Virus record (IMG/VR): IMGVR_UViG_3300008110_010375 | Source: a virus | DNA length: 64,000 nucleotides | Direction: 5' to 3' (one strand) | The notes under the pieces: model-generated | What the model was told of the DNA's origin: nothing | What the model saw: the letters and a program-made list of their open reading frames with translations, nothing else | Database searches by the model: none | Part shown: piece after piece, positions 9,036 through 18,724 of the stretch | Layout: the number at the start of each line of letters is the position of its first letter | Numbering within the stretch: the stretch's first letter is position 1 | Position numbers and translations under genes: made by a program

Positions 9036-10010
9036 ATGGCACTTTGGGGCAACAACGACTCTAAGACGGCGTCGGGAACCGTGGCGATCGCAGCCAACGG
9101 TCTCGTCACCGGTTCAAGCTCTAGCTTAGACACCGAAGCTAGGGTCGGCGACTTCATCAGCATGGCTAACACCGACTATTTGATTAAGTCTATCACCAAT
9201 GCAACTTCAGCGCAAGTCATTGGTCAATATGGAAGCGCGACCGTTACGGCTCAATCAGACGGATCATACATCCTTTCTGAAAAGCCTAAGTATGCAATCT
9301 GGGAAGCAACCGGACTCTATACCAACACCATCTATGGTGAAGATACAACTGAAGCCCAAGTGGCGAACGGTGCGATTCGCGAAGTCGTCATCGTCACCGG
9401 TGGATCGGGCTACGGCGCGAACGGCACCGTCACTGTGACCGGCGGCCTCGGCAACTCAGTCGCAGCGGCGGCGAACGCTTTCGTCTCGGGCGGTCGCGTG
9501 ACTCAGATCAAGTTCTCAAACAACGGTGTCGGATACACCTCGTCGCCGACGTTGACGGTCTCAGCTCCGGCTGGAATCACCTTCAACGCGTTGACCGCGG
9601 TGTCGAACACCAATGAGACGATCACCTTGACGTCGGCGAACTCCAAGTTCCTTGCCGGCGACCAAGTAACCTACACTGTCGCAGCCGGCAACACGGCGGT
9701 CGGCGGCTTGTCGAACAACACCACCTACTTCGTATCGTTCGCGAACACGACCGTCATCGCCCTCACCGATCGCTTGAACGGTGCTAACATCGACCTCACC
9801 GCTTCGGTCTCTGAAACTGGTCACACGTTGACCGGTCAGACGGCAGTAGTGGCTGCGATCCTCTCGGGCGTTCACCACTCGGCGCACGCCGGTTGGGTGA
9901 GGCGCACGGTTGGAACCGGCGGCCGTGCGGGCAGGGTGACCTTTGAAACCCTCGTCGCGATGGGCACCATCGCCGGCGACGCGGAAGACGACGTCCTTCC
10001 AGACGCTTAA
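9036..10010 (+). CDS. Virion structural protein (head/tail decoration)
   Basis: MALWGNND start, GSGY repeats, HAGWVRR...GRVTFETLVAM C-terminus; strong RBS; late promoter. Confidence 0.65.
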   Translation: MALWGNNDSKTASGTVAIAANGLVTGSSSSLDTEARVGDFISMANTDYLIKSITNATSAQVIGQYGSATVTAQSDGSYILSEKPKYAIWEATGLYTNTIYGEDTTEAQVANGAIREVVIVTGGSGYGANGTVTVTGGLGNSVAAAANAFVSGGRVTQIKFSNNGVGYTSSPTLTVSAPAGITFNALTAVSNTNETITLTSANSKFLAGDQVTYTVAAGNTAVGGLSNNTTYFVSFANTTVIALTDRLNGANIDLTASVSETGHTLTGQTAVVAAILSGVHHSAHAGWVRRTVGTGGRAGRVTFETLVAMGTIAGDAEDDVLPDA

Positions 10011-10032
10011 TCAGTATAAAGGGTGAACCAGC

Positions 10033-10383
10033 ATGACGGACACTAAGATCTCAGAACTAACCGCCGCCACGACGATGGCGTCCGGCGACCTGATTCCCAT
10101 AGTGGCCGACCCAGCTGGTTCACCCGCTACTAAAAAGATCACTCTCGCGAACTTCTACGCGAACGTGGTCGTCACGGCTAAGTTCGCCAACACGGTCACA
10201 TTTACGGCCGCGGTCACATCGAACAACTCGTTGACGGCGAACAACCTATTCATCACCTACAGGACCACGCCGGCTTCATCCGGCGACACGGTCACCAGCG
10301 GCAAGCTCTGGTTCGATGAGACATACCTATACGTATCAACGAACACGAACGTGATCAAGCGAGTCACACTGAACACCTTCTAA
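10033..10383 (+). CDS. Small virion fibre-like protein
   Basis: TKISELTAAT N-terminus, GKLWFDETYLYV...KRV C-terminus typical of fibre domains. Confidence 0.55.
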   Translation: MTDTKISELTAATTMASGDLIPIVADPAGSPATKKITLANFYANVVVTAKFANTVTFTAAVTSNNSLTANNLFITYRTTPASSGDTVTSGKLWFDETYLYVSTNTNVIKRVTLNTF

Positions 10384-10386
10384 AAT

Positions 10387-10779
10387 ATGCAGGACAAACT
10401 CGACGCGTCCAACTTTTTGCTATACGCCGCGAAGCACTACGACAACCCACAGTGCTTCGACACGCTTGAGTTCTACGAGGATCTCAAGCGATTCAAGTAC
10501 ATCAAGAGGCTTCTCAACAGGTACGTCGAGGACGGCGACCTCAAGGAGCGCCTGATCCTCAACCACATCGTCGTCCTGTTCAACCTCTTCGGCACGAACG
10601 CGGCCATACGCATGCTATTCTACAAGTGCGAGGGATTCGAGTCGCAGCTCATACCGTTCCTAGTCACACTGAACAACCTTCCCGACAGGGTTGAGAACAT
10701 CGGTATATCCTGCAGGACTATAAATACAACTGACATACCTCTGGATCTAAACGTAGTCGAAGCTCTCAGGAGAATCTAA
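10387..10779 (+). CDS. Conserved T4-like hypothetical protein
   Basis: LYAAKHYDNPQC...EFYEDLKRFKYIKRL...ERLILNH. Confidence 0.7.
   Translation: MQDKLDASNFLLYAAKHYDNPQCFDTLEFYEDLKRFKYIKRLLNRYVEDGDLKERLILNHIVVLFNLFGTNAAIRMLFYKCEGFESQLIPFLVTLNNLPDRVENIGISCRTINTTDIPLDLNVVEALRRI
10719..10726 (+). promoter_or_regulatory. T4-type late promoter TATAAATA
   Basis: Exact consensus about 50 nt upstream of 10779. Confidence 0.6.
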
Positions 10780-11951
10780 TGGCGGTCATGGACATCTACA
10801 TGATATACCAGTTCATCAGGAAGCTGGTGACGCCCTTCACCGAGATGCCGGCATACAAGGCTGGGATCATCGACAACCAAGGCAGGTTCCTCAAGCAGAG
10901 GTCGCAGTTCACGGCCGCCGACCAGCGCGCCTGCACCTACTTCGACATCCTCGTCATCAACCTCAAGCGCTTGATCTCAAAGCTTCCCGGAGGGAAGTCA
11001 CAGCTCGCTTCATACGCCGCGGCGCTTCTCTTGACGAGGACGTATGAATCCTATCAAAAGAACCCTACCGACGTCCTCTTCAACCTCGAGGAGGAGTTCT
11101 ATAAGACCTACGCCGAGGTGCAGTCACTGAAGGAAGACGCGCCCATGAACTCCACCGCGGTCATTCCCGATAAGACCGTCGTGTCGAAGTCGGCGGCTCG
11201 CAGGTACAAGGTCGCCAACCTCTTGGCCCAGCGGAAGATGAAAAAAAAACTGAAGGAGGAGTCGAGCCTTCAGTACCACTCGGAGCTCAACCCGAAGCTA
11301 TGGCAAGACGGTAAGCTCAAGGACGAGGTTCGCGGCAAACTCCTGCAGATCGCCGCGACTTGGATGAAGTTCGCCAACATACCAGCCGAAGCCGTAGTCG
11401 ACATCATCATCACCGGCGGCAACGTCAACTACAACTACACGCCGCTCTCCGACGTCGACCTGCACATCGTCATATCACGCGACTCGCTCAATCCAAACAG
11501 GGCGCTGATCGACGACTACCTGCAGGACAAGAAGATCCTCTGGACGCTGTCGCACCAAGACATCAACATCTACGGTTATCCGGTCGAGCTGTACGCTCAA
11601 GACGTCAACGAGCAGCCGCACGAGAACCAAGGCGTCTACTCTATCCAAAGGAACGAGTGGATCGCGACGCCTAGGAACCTAGGACTCGACTTTGAATCGG
11701 ACACCCACCTACAGAAGAAGGTGCAGTTCTACAAGGATCTCATCGACAAGATGATCTCACAGCAGGCGACCGACGGCACGTTCGACATGCTTAAGCAGCG
11801 TATCAAAAAGATGCGCGGCGACTCGATCGCTAAGTCGGGTGAGTTCGCCTTCGGCAACCTCGTGTTCAAGGAGCTGAGGAACCAAGGCTACTTGGATAAG
11901 ATGGACGCCTATCAGAGGTCTAACCTAGACAAGGCGCTGTCGCTGTCATGA
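10779..11951 (+). CDS. Fusion of a conserved T4-like N-terminal domain with a Pol-beta-like nucleotidyltransferase
   Basis: YQFIRKLVTPF...AYKAGIID N-domain; ITGGNVNYNY...SDVDLH, PVELY, NLVFKELR. Confidence 0.65.
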   Translation: MAVMDIYMIYQFIRKLVTPFTEMPAYKAGIIDNQGRFLKQRSQFTAADQRACTYFDILVINLKRLISKLPGGKSQLASYAAALLLTRTYESYQKNPTDVLFNLEEEFYKTYAEVQSLKEDAPMNSTAVIPDKTVVSKSAARRYKVANLLAQRKMKKKLKEESSLQYHSELNPKLWQDGKLKDEVRGKLLQIAATWMKFANIPAEAVVDIIITGGNVNYNYTPLSDVDLHIVISRDSLNPNRALIDDYLQDKKILWTLSHQDINIYGYPVELYAQDVNEQPHENQGVYSIQRNEWIATPRNLGLDFESDTHLQKKVQFYKDLIDKMISQQATDGTFDMLKQRIKKMRGDSIAKSGEFAFGNLVFKELRNQGYLDKMDAYQRSNLDKALSLS

Positions 11952-12325
11952 TCAGGCTCGTGTTAAGCTTATTCACCGGCGCCTCGTCGCTCCCATGGAT
12001 AATCGGTGGGATCGTCGCTCTGGTCGTCGCTTTCGGAGGATGGCTTGCCTACCACGATCACCAGATCTGGAACAAGGCGATGAACGCCTTCAACGAGAAG
12101 CAGGAAGCTCTGGTTGAGGAGAAGAAGCAGGAATTCGAGAAGAAGACCGTTGAGATAAACGACACCGCCGAGAGGATTCGAGCGGCGATCGCCGAGCAGC
12201 AGAAGAAGGAAAGCTCGACCGCGGCGAACATAATAAAGAACACCGAGGGCGGAACCGGTCAGGCGTCCTCCTACTTGAAGAGCATAGTCAAGCAGCTTGA
12301 GCAGAACTATGGAGAGAAGAAGTGA
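11948..12325 (+). CDS. Inner-membrane spanin (Rz-like)
   Basis: N-terminal TM helix then coiled coil; overlaps a lipoprotein gene. Confidence 0.7.
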   Translation: MIRLVLSLFTGASSLPWIIGGIVALVVAFGGWLAYHDHQIWNKAMNAFNEKQEALVEEKKQEFEKKTVEINDTAERIRAAIAEQQKKESSTAANIIKNTEGGTGQASSYLKSIVKQLEQNYGEKK

Positions 12326-12594
12326 AGAAGATCATGCTTGCGTCTTGCCTCTTTCTAGCCGGCTGCGGATCAGACATAAAGCTCATAGCCCCTGAGTACA
12401 AGATAGTCAAGGCTCCCGATGAGCTCTACGACTGTCCGGTCGAGAAGAAGTTCCCTAAGCCCGATACCTTGACAGAAAGACAGGTAGGTGTTCTTTTGTT
12501 GAAACTTCAGCGAAACAACCTAGCCTGCAAGAACTCCATAGAAGCTGTTAAAAAGTTCTACGACGAAGCCGAGAAGACCATAGACGAAAAATAA
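12322..12594 (+). CDS. Outer-membrane spanin lipoprotein (Rz1-like)
   Basis: Lipobox LAGC, Pro-rich, additional Cys residues. Confidence 0.75.
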   Translation: MKKIMLASCLFLAGCGSDIKLIAPEYKIVKAPDELYDCPVEKKFPKPDTLTERQVGVLLLKLQRNNLACKNSIEAVKKFYDEAEKTIDEK

Positions 12595-12597
12595 TGG

Positions 12598-12625
12598 TTG
12601 ACATTTGAGTCAGCTGTTGTATAAT
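12598..12625 (+). promoter_or_regulatory. Sigma70-type promoter for primase
   Basis: TTGACA-N16-TATAAT. Confidence 0.7.
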
Positions 12626-12656
12626 AGTCTTACTAGTTTTCAAAAGGTTATAGTCG

Positions 12657-13691
12657 ATGAATACTCTTTGGATAGATCAAAAGTTCGCTTCACTGATCGG
12701 ACTGCAGCTTGAGCAGTTCAAGGTCGTAAAGACCAAGCCGTACAACGCCAAGTTCAGGTGCAACGTCTGCGGCGACAGCCAGACCAACAAGTACAAAGCA
12801 CGCGGTCACTTCTACGAGAAGAACGACCACATAAACTTCAAGTGCTTCAACTGCGGTTTCAGCACCTCCCTCTCCAAGTACATAAAGACCTACAACCCGT
12901 CGCTCTACGCCGAGTACCGGATGGAGGTCATGCGCGAGAACGGACAGGAGCCGGTCAAGTTTGAGCCCGATATATCGAAGTTCTCACAGCGACGCGTCGA
13001 CAAGTTCGACCCTATGAAGGACCTCAAGAAGGTCTCCCAGCTCGCGCCAAACCACCCAGCAAAAAAATACGTTGTCGACAGGAATATACCGTCGAACCAA
13101 CACTTTCGAATCTACTACGCCGATATATACTACACGTGGGTAAACTCGATCGTTCCCGATAAGTTCAGCGAGAAGGCGGTCAAGGCAGATGAGCCGAGGA
13201 TCGTCCTCCCGTTCATAGACTTCAACGGGTACGTGTTTGGATTTACCGGCCGTGCATTGAATCCCAATTCTAAAGTTAGATACGCCACCATAATGCTCGA
13301 CGACAGCAAGCCTAAGCTGTTTGGCATGGAGGCCATCGACAAGACGAAGCGGGTGTACGTGGTGGAGGGTCCCATCGACAGCATGTTCCTCAGCAACTGC
13401 GCGGCGATGGCCGGCTCCGACGCCGACTTCACTCCGCTCGGCGACCCGCGAAACGTGACAGTGGTCTACGACAACGAGCCGAGGAACAGGGAGATCGTCA
13501 AGAAGATGCATCGAGCGGTCGACCAAGGGTACGGCGTGTGCATCTGGCCCGAACACATAGATCAGAAAGACGTGAACGACATGGTCAACCGCATGGGTCT
13601 CGACGGTCCATCCATACAGGCGATCATAGATCAGAACACCCACTGCGGCCTCTCAGCGAAGATGAGGCTTTCATCATGGAGCAAGGCGTGA
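12657..13691 (+). CDS. gp61: DNA primase (T4 gp61)
   Basis: CNVCGDS/CFNC zinc finger, VVEGPIDSMF TOPRIM, YDNEPRN, KDVND. Confidence 0.95.
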   Translation: MNTLWIDQKFASLIGLQLEQFKVVKTKPYNAKFRCNVCGDSQTNKYKARGHFYEKNDHINFKCFNCGFSTSLSKYIKTYNPSLYAEYRMEVMRENGQEPVKFEPDISKFSQRRVDKFDPMKDLKKVSQLAPNHPAKKYVVDRNIPSNQHFRIYYADIYYTWVNSIVPDKFSEKAVKADEPRIVLPFIDFNGYVFGFTGRALNPNSKVRYATIMLDDSKPKLFGMEAIDKTKRVYVVEGPIDSMFLSNCAAMAGSDADFTPLGDPRNVTVVYDNEPRNREIVKKMHRAVDQGYGVCIWPEHIDQKDVNDMVNRMGLDGPSIQAIIDQNTHCGLSAKMRLSSWSKA

Positions 13692-13897
13692 GAGATAAAT
13701 CCGTATCCGAGAGATACTTCACCAACTACTACACCTCATACGTAAAGTATGACCCTGAATTGGATGAATACCACCTAGAGGTCCCATCGACAGCGCTCTT
13801 CCACCTAGGTTGGGAGGAGGGCGACGATATTGAATTTGTCATCGACGAACGCACGAAGAATGTAATTGTATCAAAGAAAGAGAAAAAAGATGTCTAA
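13688..13897 (+). CDS. Small AbrB/MazE-like protein
   Basis: LEVP...LGWEEGDDIEF pattern; GTG start overlapping the primase stop. Confidence 0.5.
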   Translation: MRDKSVSERYFTNYYTSYVKYDPELDEYHLEVPSTALFHLGWEEGDDIEFVIDERTKNVIVSKKEKKDV

Positions 13898-15818
13898 CTT
13901 CCTTCCATCCCTCTACCAAGAGTTCATCTACAAGAGCCGCTACGCCAAGTTCCTCGACAAGGAGGGACGCCGCGAGAACTGGGACGAGACCGTCAAGCGC
14001 TACTTCGACTACATGCAGGCCCACCTTCTCGACAACAACAAGTACGCTCTTCCGGACGATGAAAGGAAGGAGCTTGAGGAAGCGGTGTTGAACCTAGAGA
14101 TCATGCCGTCGATGCGCGCGCTTATGACCGCGGGTCCGGCCTTAGATCGCGACAACACCTGCGCCTACAACTGCTCATACCTCGCGGTCGACGATCCGAA
14201 GGCCTTCGACGAGGCGCTTCTCATCCTCATGAACGGCACGGGCGTAGGCTTCTCGGTCGAGCGTCAGTACGTCAACAAGCTTCCTGAGATCCCTGAGAAG
14301 ATGTTCGACTCAGACACCAACATCATAGTCAAGGACTCGAAAGAGGGTTGGGCCAAGGGCTACCGTCAGCTCGTCGCCCTCCTCTACTCCGGCGAAGTTC
14401 CTAAGTGGGACTTGTCGTTCCTTCGTCCCGCCGGCGCGCGTCTCAAGACCTTCGGTGGACGCTCGTCCGGTCCCGGACCGCTCGACGACTTGTTTAAGTT
14501 CACGGTCAAGATGTTCCGTCAAGCCGCCGGTCGCAAGCTCAACTCCCTCGAGTGCCACGACATCATGTGTAAGATCGGTGAAGTCGTTGTGGTCGGAGGC
14601 GTGCGTCGCTCGGCGATGATCTCACTCTCGAACTTGACCGACGAGCGCATGCGCGGAGCGAAGAACGGCTCATGGTGGGAGAACAACCCGCAGCGCGCCC
14701 TCTCCAACAACTCGGCTGCATACACCGAGAAGCCTGAGATGGGTACGTTCATGCGTGAGTGGCTCTCGCTCTACGACTCAAAGTCCGGCGAGCGCGGCAT
14801 CTTCTCCCGCGTGGCTTCGAAGAGTCAGGCGGCGAAGAACGGCCGACGCGACCCGAACCACGACTTCGGCACGAACCCATGCTCGGAGATCATCCTTCGT
14901 CCCAACCAGTTCTGCAACCTCACCGAGGTCGTGGTTCGCTCGACTGACGATGTGATCAGCATGTCTAGGAAGGTTCGCCTAGCCGCGCGTCTCGGCACCA
15001 TCCAGTCGACGCTCACCCGCTTCCCCTACCTTCGCAAGTCGTGGACGACGAACACCGAGGAGGAGCGCCTGCTCGGCGTCTCACTCACGGGCATCATGGA
15101 CAGCACGCTGATGAACGGTCGTCAGGGCGAAGACAAGCTTCGCGAGGTCCTCGAGACGCTTAAGACCGTCGCCGTCGAGGCCAACAAGACACTGGCCGAG
15201 GCGATCGGCATACAACAGTCGACCGCCGTCACGTGCGTCAAGCCGTCGGGAACGGTGTCTCAGCTCGTCGACTCAGCGTCGGGCATCCACGCCCGCCACT
15301 CGCAGTACTACATCCGCACAGTTCGCGGAGACAACAAGGATCCGCTCACGAAGCTCATGAAGGACATGGGATTCGTCAACGAGCCTGACGTGATGAAGCC
15401 CGACTCAACTACCGTGTTCTCATTCCCGCAGAAAGCTCCGTTAGGCGCCGTGCTTCGCGAGGAGATGTCGGCGATCGACCAGCTCAACATGTGGATGATC
15501 TACCAAGAACACTGGTGCGAGCACAAGCCGTCCGTCACGATCTCGGTTCGCGAAGACGAGTGGATGGAGGTGGGCGCCTTCGTGTATGAGAACTTCGATA
15601 AGATCTCCGGCATCTCGTTCCTTCCTCACTCGGACCATGTGTATCGCCAAGCCCCGTACCAAGACTTCTCGGAGCGTGAGTACAACCAGCTCGCGGCGCT
15701 CATGCCGAAGGAGATCAACTGGTCGGATTTGTCTAAATACGAGCAAGAAGACAACACCAAAGGTTCACAGACGCTTGCCTGTGCTGCCGATGGATGCGAG
15801 ATCGTTGATTTGAACTAA
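13890..15818 (+). CDS. nrdJ: Class II (adenosylcobalamin-dependent) ribonucleotide reductase
   Basis: PSMRALM, AYNC, GTGVGFS, VGGVRRSA, TNPCSE, FCNLTE, TCVKPSGT, C-terminal CAADGC; no nrdB adjacent. Confidence 0.92.
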   Translation: MSNFLPSLYQEFIYKSRYAKFLDKEGRRENWDETVKRYFDYMQAHLLDNNKYALPDDERKELEEAVLNLEIMPSMRALMTAGPALDRDNTCAYNCSYLAVDDPKAFDEALLILMNGTGVGFSVERQYVNKLPEIPEKMFDSDTNIIVKDSKEGWAKGYRQLVALLYSGEVPKWDLSFLRPAGARLKTFGGRSSGPGPLDDLFKFTVKMFRQAAGRKLNSLECHDIMCKIGEVVVVGGVRRSAMISLSNLTDERMRGAKNGSWWENNPQRALSNNSAAYTEKPEMGTFMREWLSLYDSKSGERGIFSRVASKSQAAKNGRRDPNHDFGTNPCSEIILRPNQFCNLTEVVVRSTDDVISMSRKVRLAARLGTIQSTLTRFPYLRKSWTTNTEEERLLGVSLTGIMDSTLMNGRQGEDKLREVLETLKTVAVEANKTLAEAIGIQQSTAVTCVKPSGTVSQLVDSASGIHARHSQYYIRTVRGDNKDPLTKLMKDMGFVNEPDVMKPDSTTVFSFPQKAPLGAVLREEMSAIDQLNMWMIYQEHWCEHKPSVTISVREDEWMEVGAFVYENFDKISGISFLPHSDHVYRQAPYQDFSEREYNQLAALMPKEINWSDLSKYEQEDNTKGSQTLACAADGCEIVDLN

Positions 15819-16636
15819 TGACTTCTTACGAAAACATGACCATCGTGCAGTACGACCGTGGAAACATGGGCGAGTTCGTGTGTCTAGCTATGCACAAGAA
15901 CATATACGGCGAGGACATGTTTACCGAGAAGAGGAAGAACGACCTAGGTTGGTACTTCATGAACATAGACGGGGCGTTCGACTGCCTCCTCTACGATTAC
16001 CACCGACCTAAGGTCGAGTCCGTATACCTTCAGAAGGTGGTGTTTGGATCTTGCGCGTATGAGTCGATCCTAGATGGAAACATCGACGAAGCGCGCGAGA
16101 CCATGCACGCCATGATCAACTACAGGAAGACTTTCCCCAAGACGTCTCCCGATATGATCGACATACTGGACATACCGGAACCTGATTTTTCATACGATCC
16201 CAATCATAAAGTTTTGACGAGGATCCACAACTTCGACGGGCTTGATCTAGTTCCGGTGTTTCCTGGAGCTAAGATCGTCAACGTTTACTGCCGTCCTGAG
16301 AAGAGGTGGATATTCAAGTTTCTCTACCTATACAAGAAGCACCTCGACTCTACCGACAGCCTGAAAGATAGGTTCAAAAACGGCGTCGAAGATTTTTGGA
16401 ACTTCAACTGGGTCAGGAACCTTGAGCCTAAGAAGGGACTGATAAACGTCGACTGCTACAACATATTCCTAGGTAAGGTCGGTGGAATCTTCGGTGATGA
16501 GTTCACCAATATATTCAGTGAGAACTTCAATAATAACAAATCTATGCTCGATAGATATAGTTTAGATTACAAAAGAGACAATGTGACCAGCGACGAGCTT
16601 CTGTCAGTGATAAGAAGCATCTACGGCAGCTACTAA
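15818..16636 (+). CDS. Hypothetical protein, distant member of the 155/1586 family
   Basis: IVQYDRGNMGEFV resembles INYPHGYHGDFI; VFPGA resembles VFPGS. Confidence 0.5.
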   Translation: MTSYENMTIVQYDRGNMGEFVCLAMHKNIYGEDMFTEKRKNDLGWYFMNIDGAFDCLLYDYHRPKVESVYLQKVVFGSCAYESILDGNIDEARETMHAMINYRKTFPKTSPDMIDILDIPEPDFSYDPNHKVLTRIHNFDGLDLVPVFPGAKIVNVYCRPEKRWIFKFLYLYKKHLDSTDSLKDRFKNGVEDFWNFNWVRNLEPKKGLINVDCYNIFLGKVGGIFGDEFTNIFSENFNNNKSMLDRYSLDYKRDNVTSDELLSVIRSIYGSY

Positions 16637-16652
16637 TCGAAGGAACCCAGCA

Positions 16653-16922
16653 ATGGACATCAACAACATCGTAACCATCCTTTCTGAGCTCATCAAAGAT
16701 GAGGCGACGCGAAAAGAGATCTACACGAGGATCCTAGAAGAATCGGACGAATATGACCTCGAAGACGTTGAGCTTGGGATCGATGACTCCTTCGATGAAG
16801 TCTATGAAGACATGGCTGAAGAAGACGAAGAAGAAGAATTTGAAGAGGACGAAGACTACGAGGACGACGATGAAGACGACTCGTCTGAGTGGGATGACTT
16901 CGGTGATTCGGATAAGGAATGA
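16653..16922 (+). CDS. Small highly acidic protein
   Basis: Asp/Glu-rich C-terminal half; RBS aagga. Confidence 0.65.
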   Translation: MDINNIVTILSELIKDEATRKEIYTRILEESDEYDLEDVELGIDDSFDEVYEDMAEEDEEEEFEEDEDYEDDDEDDSSEWDDFGDSDKE

Positions 16923-17476
16923 GAATTGTCGGAATTGACTACAGCCTTACTAGCCCTTGTGTTTCTATCACCGGGACTTCTCGGTTCAGCTTTGCTGGTT
17001 GTAGATTTTATTACCTTACTGCGAAAGAAAGACTCTGCCTAGACGTAGGCAACGTTCAGGGCGACCTACACAGCGAGTACGCCACGAACGAGCAGAGGTA
17101 CTACCAGATAGCTGATTGGGTATTGACAAAGCTTGAAGAAGGTGATACTGTATACCTTGAGGGTTACTCGATGGGATCGACCGGAATGGTCTTCAACATC
17201 GCTGAGAACGCCGGACTCCTCAAGCACTACCTGTGGAAGCGAGGGTTCGAGTTTCACTTGGTCCCACCGACCGTGGTGAAGAAGTTCGCGACCGGAAAGG
17301 GTAACGCGAACAAGGAGAAGCTCCAGGAAGCCTTCATCGAGGAGACTGGGGTGGACATAAAGAAGATGCTGGATATGACTGAGAAGCAGTGGAACCCATC
17401 ATCGGACATAATAGACGCCTACTACATCTGTAAATATGGACATAATCAGGAGACATCCAATGTGGAATGCAGTTAA
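16919..17476 (+). CDS. RuvC-like endonuclease
   Basis: VGIDYSLTSP, YLEGYS, IAENAGLLK, PTVVKKFATGKGNANK, DIIDAY. Confidence 0.8.
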   Translation: MRIVGIDYSLTSPCVSITGTSRFSFAGCRFYYLTAKERLCLDVGNVQGDLHSEYATNEQRYYQIADWVLTKLEEGDTVYLEGYSMGSTGMVFNIAENAGLLKHYLWKRGFEFHLVPPTVVKKFATGKGNANKEKLQEAFIEETGVDIKKMLDMTEKQWNPSSDIIDAYYICKYGHNQETSNVECS

Positions 17477-17657
17477 GAAGTTCTTTGCGTTCTTCTTCTC
17501 AGTGGAAGAAGTCAACAGGGTTGAAGCGAAGATCGATGAAGAAGTAAAGACAGTCAAGCGCAAGGCGAAAGAGAAGCTCGACGTCAACAAAGACGGCAAA
17601 GTCAACGTTGAAGACGTGAAAGAAGTAGTCAAGAAAGCTACACGGAAGAAGAAGTGA
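17460..17657 (+). CDS. Small protein with an EF-hand-like motif
   Basis: DVNKDGKVNVED. Confidence 0.55.
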   Translation: MWNAVKKFFAFFFSVEEVNRVEAKIDEEVKTVKRKAKEKLDVNKDGKVNVEDVKEVVKKATRKKK

Positions 17658-17863
17658 GCAAGAGCGGTTTTCAGGTCTTCCTCGACGGCAACCTACCGGT
17701 GGTCGTCGGGGAGTGCCCGAAGTGCAAGAACGGGGACAGGGGCATGGTCTTAGTCGACTACGTTCACAACCCCGTGAACGAACATCGAAGCACCGTGTAC
17801 ATCAAGTGCATCGCATGCTTCTCAGTCTATCAAACGAACATCAGTGAAGTCGCTGAGGATTAA
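17654..17863 (+). CDS. Small zinc-ribbon protein
   Basis: CPKC...CIAC. Confidence 0.55.
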   Translation: MSKSGFQVFLDGNLPVVVGECPKCKNGDRGMVLVDYVHNPVNEHRSTVYIKCIACFSVYQTNISEVAED

Positions 17864-17865
17864 AC

Positions 17866-18138
17866 ATGGCAAAGAAAACAAAAAGAAAAGCTTACACCTC
17901 GAAGGGCGGGACCCCCAGCATGAAACGCGACACCGTCAAGGCGATGCGTCGCGATAAGTCTGAAGTTGAGAAGCTCATGAACAAGGTCGAAGTCTGGGCG
18001 CGCGGAAAGCGCGTTATGGTGACGATCCCGAACCCAAACAAGAACGAAACCAACAAGCGCTTCATCCGAGTCGAGGGGATCCACTCAGGTGCCTTCGGAC
18101 CATGGAAGCGTGAAGACAAGAGACAATCGAATGATTGA
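17866..18138 (+). CDS. Conserved basic hypothetical protein
   Basis: TIPNPNKNETNKRFIRV motif; Lys/Arg-rich. Confidence 0.6.
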   Translation: MAKKTKRKAYTSKGGTPSMKRDTVKAMRRDKSEVEKLMNKVEVWARGKRVMVTIPNPNKNETNKRFIRVEGIHSGAFGPWKREDKRQSND

Positions 18139-18379
18139 CGTCTACGGTAGGGAGGGCTGCAGCTACTGCACGCTTGCCCAGAAGCTTCTCGAGGAGAGAA
18201 AGATCCCATACAACTACATTCAGCTTGGCGTCGACATCACCGTCCCTGAGTTTCAGGACAAGTTTCCTGGGCAGAAGACGGTGCCCGTAGTCGTGGCGCA
18301 CGGGATGAAGGTCGGCGGATACACGGACCTAGTCAACTACATCGAAGAAACAAGCGGCGGACACACAGATGACATCTAA
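18131..18379 (+). CDS. Glutaredoxin
   Basis: CSYC, TVP, VGGYTDL. Confidence 0.9.
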   Translation: MIDVYGREGCSYCTLAQKLLEERKIPYNYIQLGVDITVPEFQDKFPGQKTVPVVVAHGMKVGGYTDLVNYIEETSGGHTDDI

Positions 18380-18620
18380 GCAAGAGATCATGCAGGCCCT
18401 CAACGAGCGGGTCGTGACGGTGAAGTTTAAGAAGGTGAACGGCGAGGAGCGCACCATGAAGTGCACGCTTCTCAGCTCAATCGTTCCCCAGATCCACAGC
18501 GATCCGGCTCGGGTCGAGAGGGAGCGCAGGGAGAATCCAGACGTCGTAGCCGCGTGGGACGTCGAGAAGAAGGGATGGCGATCCTTCAGGGTAGACTCAA
18601 TTCTAGAAATAAATAAATAA
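18369..18620 (+). CDS. SH3-like/WYL_2 beta-barrel protein
   Basis: VKFKKVNGEERTMKCTL...WDVEKKGWRSFR. Confidence 0.7.
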   Translation: MTSKQEIMQALNERVVTVKFKKVNGEERTMKCTLLSSIVPQIHSDPARVERERRENPDVVAAWDVEKKGWRSFRVDSILEINK

Positions 18621-18724
18621 ACATATAAAAATTGACAGTCGGCATGCACCTCGTGTCAATATATTGACAACGCAAAAAAAACTTTTTTTGATATATAAAA
18701 ATAAAACCAAAAAAAGAGAGTGCA

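Noticed and set aside
12984-13643. Long antisense and alternate-frame ORFs (also 22606-23262, 26296-26934, 30185-30745, 3348-3938 and others)
   Set aside because: Expected shadows of the strong C/G-ending codon bias of real genes; no motifs or RBS
13890-15818. Intein or intron in NrdJ (also checked primase and PhoH)
   Set aside because: Lengths are ordinary and no intein splice motifs were seen
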